Below are positions 25,902 to 35,173 of a stretch of 64,000 nt of DNA, piece after piece (position 1 is the stretch's first letter; each line of letters starts with the position of its first letter). The stretch spans positions 2,344,857-2,408,856 of the forward strand of contig OZ220729.1 of NCBI GenBank assembly GCA_965116895.1, written 5' to 3'. Below the pieces are notes generated by a model. That model ran no database searches. It had not been told where the DNA came from and saw only the letters and a program-made list of their open reading frames with translations. This DNA comes from Gammaproteobacteria bacterium. GTDB taxonomy: Bacteria; Pseudomonadota; Gammaproteobacteria; Steroidobacterales; Foliamicaceae. The translations under genes and the position numbers were made by a program.

Positions 25902-26114
25902 ATGCTAGCCGTCCGCCTGCCGGAAGACATCGAAAAGCGTATCGCCGAACTGGCCTCTCGCACGGGCCGGACAAAGACCTATTACGTCAAGGAGGCGATC
26001 ATGGGGCAGATTGACGAATTGGAAGAAAAATACCTGGCCCTGGACCGCCTGGAGAATCCCGCGAAACGATGGTCACTGGAAGACATGGAGCAGGGACGTG
26101 ACATGGAAGGTTGA
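25902..26114 (+). CDS. Ribbon-helix-helix (CopG/ParD/RelB-like) antitoxin
   Basis: 70 aa. MLAVRLPEDIEKRIAELASRTGRTKTYYVKEAI is an RHH beta-strand plus helix pattern. It overlaps a toxin-like reading frame. Confidence 0.7.
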   Translation: MLAVRLPEDIEKRIAELASRTGRTKTYYVKEAIMGQIDELEEKYLALDRLENPAKRWSLEDMEQGRDMEG

Positions 26115-26163
26115 GTTCGACGACCGCGCCGCAAAAGAACTACGGAAACTGAACCCGTCCTGA
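26098..26163 (+). pseudogene. 21-codon remnant of a RelE/ParE-family toxin gene
   Basis: Hand translation gives VTWKVEFDDRAAKELRKLNPS*. This resembles the usual toxin N-terminus (WKVEF..A.K.L.KL) but stops after 21 codons. It overlaps the antitoxin 3' end, as in intact TA pairs. Confidence 0.55.
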
Positions 26164-26220
26164 TATTACGCGTCGGTCATCGCAGGAGCATTTACGCCTG
26201 AGCTCGTTTCCGCTCCCGGG

Positions 26221-29200
26221 TTACGGGGTGGAGGCGGCCGTGGTGGTGGGATGGCGCTTGCGCAGCGCCTGCACGGCGCGCGTCACGGTGTTGATCGGGC
26301 GGGTGCGGCCGGCCAGCATGGCGTAGAAGCACGGCACCACGTACAGCGTGAGGATCACCGAAATCAGCACGCCGAACAGCACCACCACGCCGATCGAGCG
26401 GCGGGCCTCGGTGCCGGCCCCGGCGCCCACGATCAGCGGGATCGAGCCGCCGATGGTGCACATGCTGGTCATCAGCACCGGCCGCAGGCGCGTGGTGGCG
26501 CCTTCCAGCACCGCCTGCACCACCGACAGGCCGCGGTCGCGGAGCTGGTTGGAGAACTCCACGATCAATATGCCGTTCTTGGCCGCCAGGCCAATCAGCA
26601 TGATGCAGCCGGTGAGGCTGAACACGTTGAGCGTGCCTCCGGACACGTTCAGCCCCAGCATTCCGCCGGCCAGCGCCAGCGGCACCGTGAGCAGGATGAT
26701 GAACGGATGGATGAAACTCTCGAACTGCGCCGCCAGCACCAAAAAGCAGATCAGCAGCGCCAGCAGGAAACTGAAATAGATCTGGCCGCCCGACTCCTTG
26801 TATTCGCGCGACTCGCCGTCGTACTGCACGCTCAGGGACTCGTCGTCGATTTCCTCCTCGATCACCGTCTCGATGTATTCCAGCGCCTCGCCCAGCGAGT
26901 AGCCGGGCATGACGTTCCCGGACAGCTTGATGGCGCGGCGCCGGTTGAAGCGCGAAAGCTGGCGCGGGCCGGAGCTCTCCTCCAGACGCACCAGGCTGGC
27001 CAGCGGCACCAGGCCGCTGGAAACGGACCGTACATATATGTTGTTGAGGTCCTGCGGCGTAACCCGGTCCTCTTCGGAGGCCTGCAGGACCACGTTGTAT
27101 TCCTCGCCGCGGTCGATGAAGGTGGTGACGCGGCGCGAACCGAGCATGGTCTGCAGCGTCTCGCCCACGTCGCGCAGCGACACGCCGAGATCGGTGGCGC
27201 GGGCGCGGTCCACGGTGACCTTGATCTCCGGCTTGGTCTCGTAGTAATCCGAGTTCATGTTGGCGATGCCCGGGTTCTCGCGCACCCGGGCCATGATCCG
27301 GTCGCGCCACTCAGCAATCTGGTCGTACTCGTTGCCGCGCAGCACCACCTGCAGCGGTTGGCCTCCGCCCATGTTCAGGCTGGGCGGCAGGAACACGAAA
27401 GCGTTCACGCCCGGCATGGCCGCCAGCGGGCCGCGCAGCATGCCGGCGATCTCCGGCGAGGAGAACTCGCGCTGGGAGCGCGGCTCGAGCGGCGAATAGA
27501 TGAACGCCGAGTTCACGTCGCCGCCGGCGCCCCAGCTTCCGGTGCGCAGGATGATCCGCCTGACTTCGCCCCGCTGGACCCAGGGCATCACGATATCTTC
27601 GATCTGGCCGAGCTGGTCGTCCATGTATTCCAGGCTGGCGCCTTCGGGGCCGCGCACCATCATGATGATCATGCCGCGGTCCTCGGTGGGCGTGTATTCC
27701 TGGTCGAGCCGGTCGAACAGGTACCAGCCGACGCCGGATACGGCCACCACCAGCACGATTGCAAGCCAGGGCGCGCGCAGGGCGCGGGTCATGCCTCTGC
27801 GATAGCCGCCGGCCAGGGCCTGGAAGACGTTGCCGCGCTTGCGTCCGCGGGTTGAAGCGGCCACCTTCTCCTGGGGGCGCATCATGCGCGAGCACAGCAT
27901 CGGCACCAGAGTCAGCGCCACCACCGACGAGAACGCCACGGCCGCCGCCAGCGTGATGCCGAACTCGCCGAAGATCACGCCGATGCGTCCGGGCGCCAGG
28001 GCCACCGGCAGGAACACGGACACCAGCACCACGGTGGTGGCGATGACGGCGAAGCCGATCTGGCGGCTGCCGTCGATGGCCGCGAGCAATGGCGGGCTGC
28101 CCTGCTCGCGGTGACGCACGATGTTCTCCAGCACCACGATGGCGTCGTCCACCACCAGGCCGATGGCCAGCACCGCGGCCAGCAGGGTGAGCGTGTTGAT
28201 CGTGTAGCCGAGCACCGCCAGCACCATGCAGGCGGCGATGATCGAAACCGGGATCGTGAGCCCGGGAATCAGGGTGGCGCGCCACGAACTCAAAAACAGC
28301 AGCATCACCACCAGCACCACGCCCAGCGCGATCGCCAGGGCCTTGAATACTTCGCGCATGGACTCGCCGACGAATTCGGAGAAGTCCACGTTCACGTCCA
28401 CGGAGACGTCGTCGGGCAACGAGGACTGGAGGAGTTCGACCTCCTCCTTGACCGCCTGGTTGACCGCCACGATGTTGGCCTGCGCCTGCGGCACGATCCC
28501 CAGGCTGACCCCGGCCTGGCGGTTGGAGCGGGCAATGGATCGCATGTTTTCGGGCGACAGGCGGATATCGGCGACTTCGGCCAGGCGCACGAAGCGGCCG
28601 GAGGCGCCGCGGCCGATTACCAGCGCACCGAATTCCTCGGGCGTGTCCAGCGCCGTGACGGCGCGCAGCGTGAACTCGCGCTCCACCGACTCGATGCGGC
28701 CGGCCGGCAGCTCGACGTTCTCGTTGCGCAGGGTGCGCTCGACGTCCTGGACGGTGAGGCCGCGGGCGGCCAGCGCCTCGCGGTCCAGCCACACGCGCAT
28801 CGCCGGGCGGCGGCCTCCGGACAGGCGGATCGAAGCCACGCCGTCCACGGCGCCCAGACGGTCGACCAGGCCGCGTTCCGCGTAGTCGGTGATGTCCATG
28901 ACGGAGCGCAGGTCGCTGGAGACGTCCACGTACATGGTCGCTTCCATCATTGCGTCCTGCTTGGTGATCTGCGGCGGGTCGGCCTCTTCCGGCAGGGCCC
29001 TGAGCACGCGCGCCACGCGCTCGCGAACGTCGTTGGCGGCGCCGTCGATATCGCGGTCCAGCGCGTACTCCATCGTGATGGTGGAGCGCTCCTCCTGGCT
29101 GCGCGAGGTCATCTTCACCACGCCGGGCAGGCCGGCCACCTGGTCCTCTATCACCTGGGTGATGCGCCGTTCGACGATGTCGCCGGAGGCGCCGGTGTAG

Positions 29201-29349
29201 TTGGTGTTGATGGACACCACCGGCGGCTGCACGTCGGGATACTCGCGCACCGACAGCGTGTTGAGCGCCAGCAGTCCCAGGATGAACAGCACCAGGCTGA
29301 TCACCGCGGCCAGCACCGGCCGGCGCACGGATATATCGGAAATGATCAT
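26221..29349 (-). CDS. RND efflux transporter permease (AcrB/HAE1-like)
   Basis: 1042 aa. The N-terminus MIISDISVRRPVLAAVISLVLFILG is typical of AcrB-type pumps, and the length and 12-TM layout are consistent with them. Confidence 0.9.
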   Translation of the reverse strand: MIISDISVRRPVLAAVISLVLFILGLLALNTLSVREYPDVQPPVVSINTNYTGASGDIVERRITQVIEDQVAGLPGVVKMTSRSQEERSTITMEYALDRDIDGAANDVRERVARVLRALPEEADPPQITKQDAMMEATMYVDVSSDLRSVMDITDYAERGLVDRLGAVDGVASIRLSGGRRPAMRVWLDREALAARGLTVQDVERTLRNENVELPAGRIESVEREFTLRAVTALDTPEEFGALVIGRGASGRFVRLAEVADIRLSPENMRSIARSNRQAGVSLGIVPQAQANIVAVNQAVKEEVELLQSSLPDDVSVDVNVDFSEFVGESMREVFKALAIALGVVLVVMLLFLSSWRATLIPGLTIPVSIIAACMVLAVLGYTINTLTLLAAVLAIGLVVDDAIVVLENIVRHREQGSPPLLAAIDGSRQIGFAVIATTVVLVSVFLPVALAPGRIGVIFGEFGITLAAAVAFSSVVALTLVPMLCSRMMRPQEKVAASTRGRKRGNVFQALAGGYRRGMTRALRAPWLAIVLVVAVSGVGWYLFDRLDQEYTPTEDRGMIIMMVRGPEGASLEYMDDQLGQIEDIVMPWVQRGEVRRIILRTGSWGAGGDVNSAFIYSPLEPRSQREFSSPEIAGMLRGPLAAMPGVNAFVFLPPSLNMGGGQPLQVVLRGNEYDQIAEWRDRIMARVRENPGIANMNSDYYETKPEIKVTVDRARATDLGVSLRDVGETLQTMLGSRRVTTFIDRGEEYNVVLQASEEDRVTPQDLNNIYVRSVSSGLVPLASLVRLEESSGPRQLSRFNRRRAIKLSGNVMPGYSLGEALEYIETVIEEEIDDESLSVQYDGESREYKESGGQIYFSFLLALLICFLVLAAQFESFIHPFIILLTVPLALAGGMLGLNVSGGTLNVFSLTGCIMLIGLAAKNGILIVEFSNQLRDRGLSVVQAVLEGATTRLRPVLMTSMCTIGGSIPLIVGAGAGTEARRSIGVVVLFGVLISVILTLYVVPCFYAMLAGRTRPINTVTRAVQALRKRHPTTTAASTP

Positions 29350-30458
29350 TGCGGTTGCGAGGCGGCCGCGCCCGGCGCCCCGGATCGGGACGGCGCGTTG
29401 GCCATGCGCACCGGCAGGCCGTCGCGCAGCCGCTGCACGCCCTGGGTCACGATCTCCTCGCCCGCCTCGAGGCCGTTGACGATTTCCACCGCGCCCGGAG
29501 TGCGCGAGCCCAGCTTCACTTCACGCTCCAGCGCGCGCCCGTCGTCCACCACGAACACGTACTGGCGGCCCTGGCGCGGGACCAGCGCGGCTTCGGCCGC
29601 CAGCACCACGTCCTCGCGACGCCGGGCGATCACGACCTGCAGGAACATGCCGGGTTTCAGGTTGCCGTCCTCGTTGGGCAGTTCCGCCACCACCGCCAGC
29701 GAACGGGTCATGGGGTCGATCCGGCTGTCCACGCTGATGACGGTGCCGGCGAACATGCGGTTGGGGAAGGCCGCGCCGCTGGCTTCGATGTCCAGGCCCT
29801 CGCGCACGACCGCGAGGTATTCCTCCGGCACCGAGAACTCCAGCTTCATGACGCCGATGTCGTCCAGCGTGGTAATGATGGTGTTGGGCTGCACCAGGCC
29901 GCCCACGCTGATCCTTCTCAGGCCCACGGTCCCGGAGAACGGCGCGCGGATGACGGTGTCCTCCAGCCGGGCGCGGGCCGAGTTGACCTGTGCTTCGGCC
30001 ACCTGCAACTGCGCCTGTATCTCCTCCAGTTCGACTTCGGAGACCACCTGGCTCGCGGCCAGCGTTTCCAGCCGCCCGTAGCGGCTGCGCCGTTCGCGCA
30101 GGTTCGCTTCGGCCAGGTCGAGGTCGGCGCGGATCTCGCGGCTGTCGAGCTCCACCAGCACTTCGTTCATTTGCACGGCCTGGCCTTCGTCGAAGTGGAC
30201 GGCCGACACCACGCTGGAAATGCGCGGCGTGACGTCGATGGCCTCGTTGGCCCGGGCGGTGGCCAGCGCGATGTACTCGTCGGTTACGTCGCCCAGGCTC
30301 ACGGTCTCGGTGAGCACCGGCGCGGCCCCGCCGCCGCGGCGCATGGCGTTGCCGGCCGAGTCGTCGCTGCCGCAGCCCGCCAGCAGCATCGCCAGCGCGC
30401 CGGTGGCGGCGATGGCGGTGCTGAGTCGGTCAGCGGTTGGGGGCCGGGGAATTGACAT
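29346..30458 (-). CDS. RND efflux periplasmic adaptor (membrane fusion) lipoprotein
   Basis: Start at ATG 30458 gives MSIPRPP...ALAMLLAGC (lipobox). It has coiled-coil and barrel motifs and a 4-nt overlap with the pump gene. Confidence 0.85.
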   Translation of the reverse strand: MSIPRPPTADRLSTAIAATGALAMLLAGCGSDDSAGNAMRRGGGAAPVLTETVSLGDVTDEYIALATARANEAIDVTPRISSVVSAVHFDEGQAVQMNEVLVELDSREIRADLDLAEANLRERRSRYGRLETLAASQVVSEVELEEIQAQLQVAEAQVNSARARLEDTVIRAPFSGTVGLRRISVGGLVQPNTIITTLDDIGVMKLEFSVPEEYLAVVREGLDIEASGAAFPNRMFAGTVISVDSRIDPMTRSLAVVAELPNEDGNLKPGMFLQVVIARRREDVVLAAEAALVPRQGRQYVFVVDDGRALEREVKLGSRTPGAVEIVNGLEAGEEIVTQGVQRLRDGLPVRMANAPSRSGAPGAAASQPQ

Positions 30459-30596
30459 GGTGCGAGAAAGCAATTCGGTTTCTCCGCGCAAGCGGATTTA
30501 ACCTCCCCATTGTAGCGTCCCGCCGAAACCGGACGCCTTCCCCGCGGGTATCTTACTATAGGATAGAAACCTCGGGCCGACGACGGAGGACACACC

Positions 30597-31850
30597 ATGA
30601 ATACACCGTTGCTTAAGCTTTGCGGTGGCCTCATGCTGGCGCTTTTCATTCTGGCCGGCGGGGACGCCATGGCGCGCACCGTCAAGGGCGTCAAGGTCAC
30701 CGACCGGATCTACATGGCCACCGACATGAGCCGGACCTTCCTGGTCGTGACCCCCGAAGGGAACGTGGTCATCGACACGACCACGCGCGATTCCGCGCCG
30801 CGCCACTACCAGGTGCTGCGGGAGATGAGTTCGGCGCCGGTGAAGTACATCCTTCTTACCCACGCGCACGAGGACCACGTGGGCGGCGTGCACCTGTGGC
30901 GGGAAGAAGACACCGAGGTCATCGCCCAGCGGCGGTTCCCGGAATACATGCACTATCGCGAGCGGCTCGCGGGCTTCTTCCAGTACCGCAACGAGGCGCA
31001 GTTTCTCGCCCCGCCCAGGGACGTGAAGTCGAAGGGCAATTTCGCCGCGGAGATTCCCACCACGATCCTGTTCGACGACAAGTACGAGTTCGAGTTCGGC
31101 GGACTGACGTTCAAGATGATGCACACGCCGGGCGAAACCTGGGACCACGCGACCGTCTGGATCCCGGAGTTGAAGGCGGCGTTCATCGGCGACAACTACT
31201 ACAGCAGTTTCCCGAACATCGCCGCGCTTCGGGGCGCCCCGCCCCGGTTCGCGCTGGACTACGTCAATTCCATCGACATCGTGCTGGCGCTGGACCCGGA
31301 ACTGGTGCTGGTGGCGCACGCGCCGCCGCTGGTGGGGCCCGAGGAGATCAATTCGAAGCTGGGCGATTATCGCGACGCGATCGAGTACGTCCATGACGCG
31401 ACCGTGCGCGGGCTCAACGAGGGCAAGGACGTCTTTACCGTGATGAACGAGGTGAAACTGCCGGAGCGGTTCGAGATCGACGAATCGTATGGCGGCGTGG
31501 CCTGGAGCGTGCGCGGCATCTACCACGGCTACGCGGGCTGGTTCGACGGCGAGCCCGCCACCCTGCTCTCGGAATCGCCCGACGTGAAGATCCGTGAGCT
31601 GGTGGAGCTGGCGGGCGGCATCGACGCGGTCGTGGCGCGCGCCGAGGCTCTGGAAAACGAAGGCGACCTGGTGTTGAGCCTGAACATGGCCGACGCGGCG
31701 CTGGCCGTGGACCCGAACCACCCGGGCGCCCTGGCCGTGCGCGTTTCGCTCTTGACCGAACTCGGCCGCAACGAAAAGAACTTCAACGCCCGAAGCTGGA
31801 TCGGCTACCACCGCCGCCAGGCCAGGAAGCGCCTCGAGGCCCAGCAGTAG
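30597..31850 (+). CDS. Secreted MBL-fold metallo-hydrolase (alkyl-sulfatase-like N-terminal domain plus helical C-terminal region)
   Basis: Signal peptide LCGGLMLALFILAGGDAMA and metal motif HAHEDHVGG (HxHxDH). Confidence 0.75.
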   Translation: MNTPLLKLCGGLMLALFILAGGDAMARTVKGVKVTDRIYMATDMSRTFLVVTPEGNVVIDTTTRDSAPRHYQVLREMSSAPVKYILLTHAHEDHVGGVHLWREEDTEVIAQRRFPEYMHYRERLAGFFQYRNEAQFLAPPRDVKSKGNFAAEIPTTILFDDKYEFEFGGLTFKMMHTPGETWDHATVWIPELKAAFIGDNYYSSFPNIAALRGAPPRFALDYVNSIDIVLALDPELVLVAHAPPLVGPEEINSKLGDYRDAIEYVHDATVRGLNEGKDVFTVMNEVKLPERFEIDESYGGVAWSVRGIYHGYAGWFDGEPATLLSESPDVKIRELVELAGGIDAVVARAEALENEGDLVLSLNMADAALAVDPNHPGALAVRVSLLTELGRNEKNFNARSWIGYHRRQARKRLEAQQ

Positions 31851-31898
31851 CCCCCTGGCAGCGCGGGCATGCCCCACGCGGCGCGCCCCTGACCGGCT

Positions 31899-33254
31899 TC
31901 AGCCGAACAGGGCGTTGTACATGATGATCAGGATGGCGGCGGGGGCGACTACGCGCAGCAGCCACAGCCAGACGGTGAACAGCGCGCCGGTCTGCCAGCC
32001 CAGTTCGCCGAGCAGTAGCGCGCGGTTCATGCGCCAGCCGGCGAACAGCGCCATCAGCGCGCCGCCCAGCGGCATCATGATCGTGGCCGTGAGGTAGTCG
32101 ATCAGTTCGAAGGGGTTCTTGCCGGCAATCACGTTCCACTCCGCGCCTTCGCCGAACGACATAACCGTCAGCCAGCCCAGGCCCCACAGCGTGACGCCCA
32201 CCGACAGCGTCGCCGCCCAGCGGCCGAGCTTGAGGCGTTCCTGGATCAGCGTGACCGCCGCTTCCATCAGCGCGATGGCCGACGTCAGCGCCGCGAAAGC
32301 CAGCAGCAGGAAGAAGATCGAGCCGAAGAAGGTCCCGCCGGGCATGCCGCCGAAGGCGATCGGAAGCGTCAGGAACACCAGCGAGGGGCCGGAGCCGGGT
32401 TCCAGCCCGTTGGCGAACACCAGCGGGAAGATCGCGATGCCGGCCAGCACCGCGACGCCGGTGTCGGCGATGGTGATGCCCACGCAGGTCTGCGGAAGCG
32501 ACACCTCGCGCGGCGCGAAGGCCCCGTACATCATCATCAGCCCCATGGCCACGCCGATCGAGAAGAAGGCGTGGCTGATGGCCTCCAGCGCGGAAGCGGC
32601 GGTGAGCTGCCCGAAGCGGAAATCGAATATGAAGTTGAGGCCGGCGGCGGCATCGCCTTCGATCAGCGCATAGGCGATCACCGCCAGCAGCAGGAGGAAG
32701 AGCAGCGGCATCAGGAGCCGCACCGCCGCCTCGATGCCGCGGCGAACGTTCCGTCCCACGATGAAGCAGCTCGCCGCCATGAACAGCGTGTGCCAGGCGC
32801 CCAGGCGCAGCGGGTTGTCGTTGAGCCCGGCGTTCAGCGCCTCGGCGGATTCCCGGGTCAACCCCTTGAACGCGCCGCCCGCCGCCAGGAACAGGTAGTC
32901 CACCGTGCTGCCGGCGATCACGCTGTAGAAGCTCATGATCAGGTAGCCGGTCAGAAGGCCCATGCCGCCCACCAGCCCCCAGGCGGCCCAGCGGCCGCTC
33001 TCGGTGGACACCGCGGCCATGGCCGTGAAGGGACTGGCGCGCCCGTGCCGCCCGATCGCGACTTCCACCGACAGGATGGGCACCGCCACCAGGAAGGCGG
33101 CGACCAGGTAAACGAAAACGAACGCGCCGCCGCCGTTCTCCCCCATGATGTAGGGAAAACGCCAGATGTTGCCCAGCCCGATCGCGCCGCCGATCGACGC
33201 AAGCAGAAAAGTGCGCCCCGAACTCCAGCGCCGTGCGGAAGTGTTCTCCTGCAT
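31899..33254 (-). CDS. Sodium-dependent transporter, NSS/SNF family
   Basis: GGAIGLGNIWRFPY signature; 451 aa and polytopic. Confidence 0.9.
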   Translation of the reverse strand: MQENTSARRWSSGRTFLLASIGGAIGLGNIWRFPYIMGENGGGAFVFVYLVAAFLVAVPILSVEVAIGRHGRASPFTAMAAVSTESGRWAAWGLVGGMGLLTGYLIMSFYSVIAGSTVDYLFLAAGGAFKGLTRESAEALNAGLNDNPLRLGAWHTLFMAASCFIVGRNVRRGIEAAVRLLMPLLFLLLLAVIAYALIEGDAAAGLNFIFDFRFGQLTAASALEAISHAFFSIGVAMGLMMMYGAFAPREVSLPQTCVGITIADTGVAVLAGIAIFPLVFANGLEPGSGPSLVFLTLPIAFGGMPGGTFFGSIFFLLLAFAALTSAIALMEAAVTLIQERLKLGRWAATLSVGVTLWGLGWLTVMSFGEGAEWNVIAGKNPFELIDYLTATIMMPLGGALMALFAGWRMNRALLLGELGWQTGALFTVWLWLLRVVAPAAILIIMYNALFG

Positions 33255-33444
33255 GCCTTGCTTGTTCCTTCAGAAAGCTGCGCGCATCATGCCACACGGG
33301 TTGCGGGAGCGGGCATTGCCTGGATCGGCGGCGCGGCGGTCTTCCGGCGCGATTCGAGCAAGACAATTCAGCATAAAGGGTTGTTTTAGTTGGTGAATCA
33401 TGCTATAGTTCGGGGGACTTCAACGGACTGAACGGAGCCCCGAA

Positions 33445-35073
33445 ATGGACCTTCACTGCACCCCCTCCCGCTCCCCTGTTTGCGATGCCGAGTTACCCCC
33501 GGCTGTCGCTGTTGAGCCTTCCTCAGCCCGCCTGGCGCGCTATCCCGATCCGGACCCCGAGGTGCGGATGGCCGAGTGGCGGCGCAAGGAAAAGGCGCTT
33601 GGTGCGCTGGAGGCGCAGATCATGGAGCTGTGGGGGAACATCAACGCGGCCACCGCTCACTTTCTGGAGTTGGTCGCGGAGTTCGACCGCAGGCAGGGCT
33701 GGGCGCAGCACGGCATGGCGAGTTGCGCCCAGTGGCTGAGCTGGCAATGCGGCATCGGCCGGGTGGCGGCAACGGAGAAGGTGCGCACCGCGCGGGCCCT
33801 GGAATCGCTGCCCAAGATCTCCGCGGCATTCGGCGAAGGCCGGCTGTCGTACTCGAAGGTGCGCGCACTCACGCGGGTGGCGACGGTGGAGACGGAAGAG
33901 AGCTTGCTGCACATTGCCCTGAACGGAACGGCAGCGCATGTGGAACGCACGGTACGGGGTTATCGGCGGGTTACGCGTCATCTCGAGCGTGACGAGGCCG
34001 AGGCGATGCACGAGCGGCGCCACCTGCTCTGCTGGCAGGAAGCCGACGGCAGCGTCACGCTTCAGGCGCGCCTGACGCCGGAAGTGGGCGAATTGCTGTT
34101 CAAGGCACTGGACGCGGCACAAGCGCAACTCGAGGAGCGGGCCGGAGATGCGCAGAACACCGGGGGAGCGGAGAGCGGCGCAGCCGCGGAAACGGCAAAG
34201 GATGCTGGGACGGGCGCAGCGGCGGATGCAGAGCCCCGGGATGTTTCCGCGGAAACATCTGCGCAGCCACGGACGCGACCCGCGCTGCCGCCATGCTGGA
34301 ACGCGGACCCTGAAGATGTTTCCGCGGAAACACCCTCTCGCAGCGCCGGTCAGCGGCGTGTGGATGCCTTCGAGCACATCGTCCAGCAGTTTCTGGCCGG
34401 AGGCGGTTCAGGTTCCGGTGCTGGCGCGCATGAAGTAGTAGTGCACATTGCCCACGATGCGCTGTGCGATGTGCCCGAGAGCAGTGGGGCGGAGTTCGAG
34501 CACGGGCGTCCCGTAGCCGTGGAGACGGCGCGGCGGCTGGGCTGCGACGGCGCCCTGGTCGGGGTAGTTGAAGGCGCAAAGGGCGAGCCGCTGGCCATCG
34601 GACGTCGGACCCGCGCCGTGCCGCCGGCCATTCGGCGCGCGCTGCGCATTCGCGACGGCGGCTGCCGCTTCCCGGGATGCGATCGTTCCCGCTATGTGCA
34701 GGCTCACCACATCAAGCATTGGGCCGATGGCGGAGAGACCAACCTTGATAACCTCGTGACCCTGTGCTCTTTCCATCACCGGCAGGTGCACGAGGGGGGA
34801 TATGGCGTTCATGTGGACGGGGGCGAGATCCGGTTCACGCGCCCGGATGGCGGGGTGATCCCGCCGGCGGGGAAAGAGCACGGGGGAAAGGCGCACGAGG
34901 GGTGTTTCCGCGGAAACACTTCCGCAGCCATGGGCGCTGAGCAGCTGGCGGCGTGCAACGCGGCGCGGGGCCTGGCCATTGACGCTGGGACCGCGCGGTG
35001 TCGCTGGCGTGGCGAGCGTATGGACTACGACATCGCGATCGATGGGCTGTGCCGGGAGGCGGGGTATCCCTGA
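33445..35073 (+). CDS. DUF222-like N-terminal domain plus HNH endonuclease domain protein
   Basis: CRFPGCDRSRYVQAHHIKHWADGGETNLDNLVTLCSFHHRQVH is an HNH motif. The protein has a long low-complexity linker. Confidence 0.85.
   Translation: MDLHCTPSRSPVCDAELPPAVAVEPSSARLARYPDPDPEVRMAEWRRKEKALGALEAQIMELWGNINAATAHFLELVAEFDRRQGWAQHGMASCAQWLSWQCGIGRVAATEKVRTARALESLPKISAAFGEGRLSYSKVRALTRVATVETEESLLHIALNGTAAHVERTVRGYRRVTRHLERDEAEAMHERRHLLCWQEADGSVTLQARLTPEVGELLFKALDAAQAQLEERAGDAQNTGGAESGAAAETAKDAGTGAAADAEPRDVSAETSAQPRTRPALPPCWNADPEDVSAETPSRSAGQRRVDAFEHIVQQFLAGGGSGSGAGAHEVVVHIAHDALCDVPESSGAEFEHGRPVAVETARRLGCDGALVGVVEGAKGEPLAIGRRTRAVPPAIRRALRIRDGGCRFPGCDRSRYVQAHHIKHWADGGETNLDNLVTLCSFHHRQVHEGGYGVHVDGGEIRFTRPDGGVIPPAGKEHGGKAHEGCFRGNTSAAMGAEQLAACNAARGLAIDAGTARCRWRGERMDYDIAIDGLCREAGYP
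34240..34259. repeat. 20-bp perfect palindrome GATGTTTCCGCGGAAACATC (core TGTTTCCGCGGAAACA), copy 1, inside the HNH gene
   Basis: Read directly; self-complementary. Confidence 0.9.
34317..34332. repeat. 16-bp palindrome TGTTTCCGCGGAAACA, copy 2
   Basis: Read directly; same reading frame as copy 1 (DVSAET). Confidence 0.9.
34902..34919. repeat. 18-bp palindrome GTGTTTCCGCGGAAACAC, copy 3
   Basis: Read directly; different reading frame (CFRGNT). Confidence 0.9.
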
Positions 35074-35116
35074 CAGGACGGCCGCGCGCCGGGGGATGGG
35101 CCCGCCGCGCGCCGGG

Positions 35117-35173
35117 GGGGTTAGTTGGCGCCAGGGGGGTTAGTTGGCGGTGTCGGGGTTAGTTGGCGGTCTC
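35117..35173. repeat. Three tandem 19-bp repeats GGGGTTAGTTGGCG(GTCTC/GTGTC/CCAGG); the last one contains the rplQ stop codon and final codons
   Basis: Units at 35117, 35136 and 35155. The rplQ TAA lies at 35159..35161. Confidence 0.9.

Noticed and set aside
25895-25907. 13-bp identity GTGAATCATGCTA shared with 33393..33405, upstream of the RHH gene and of the HNH gene
   Set aside because: In 64 kb, tens of 13-mer coincidences are expected by chance (about N^2/2 pairs divided by 4^13), and the flanks do not align.
26221-30458. RND pump plus adaptor as the dedicated exporter of the giant proteins
   Set aside because: The permease is an AcrB-type RND protein and not an ABC transporter, there is no OMF gene, and it lies 3.4 kb away behind core genes (ychF-pth-rplY). 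Nothing supports a functional link.
31783-33366. 527-aa minus-strand ORF overlapping the NSS transporter gene in another frame
   Set aside because: Its translation is Arg/Gly/Pro-rich with no TM pattern, whereas the 451-aa frame has the NSS signature GLGNIWRFPY.
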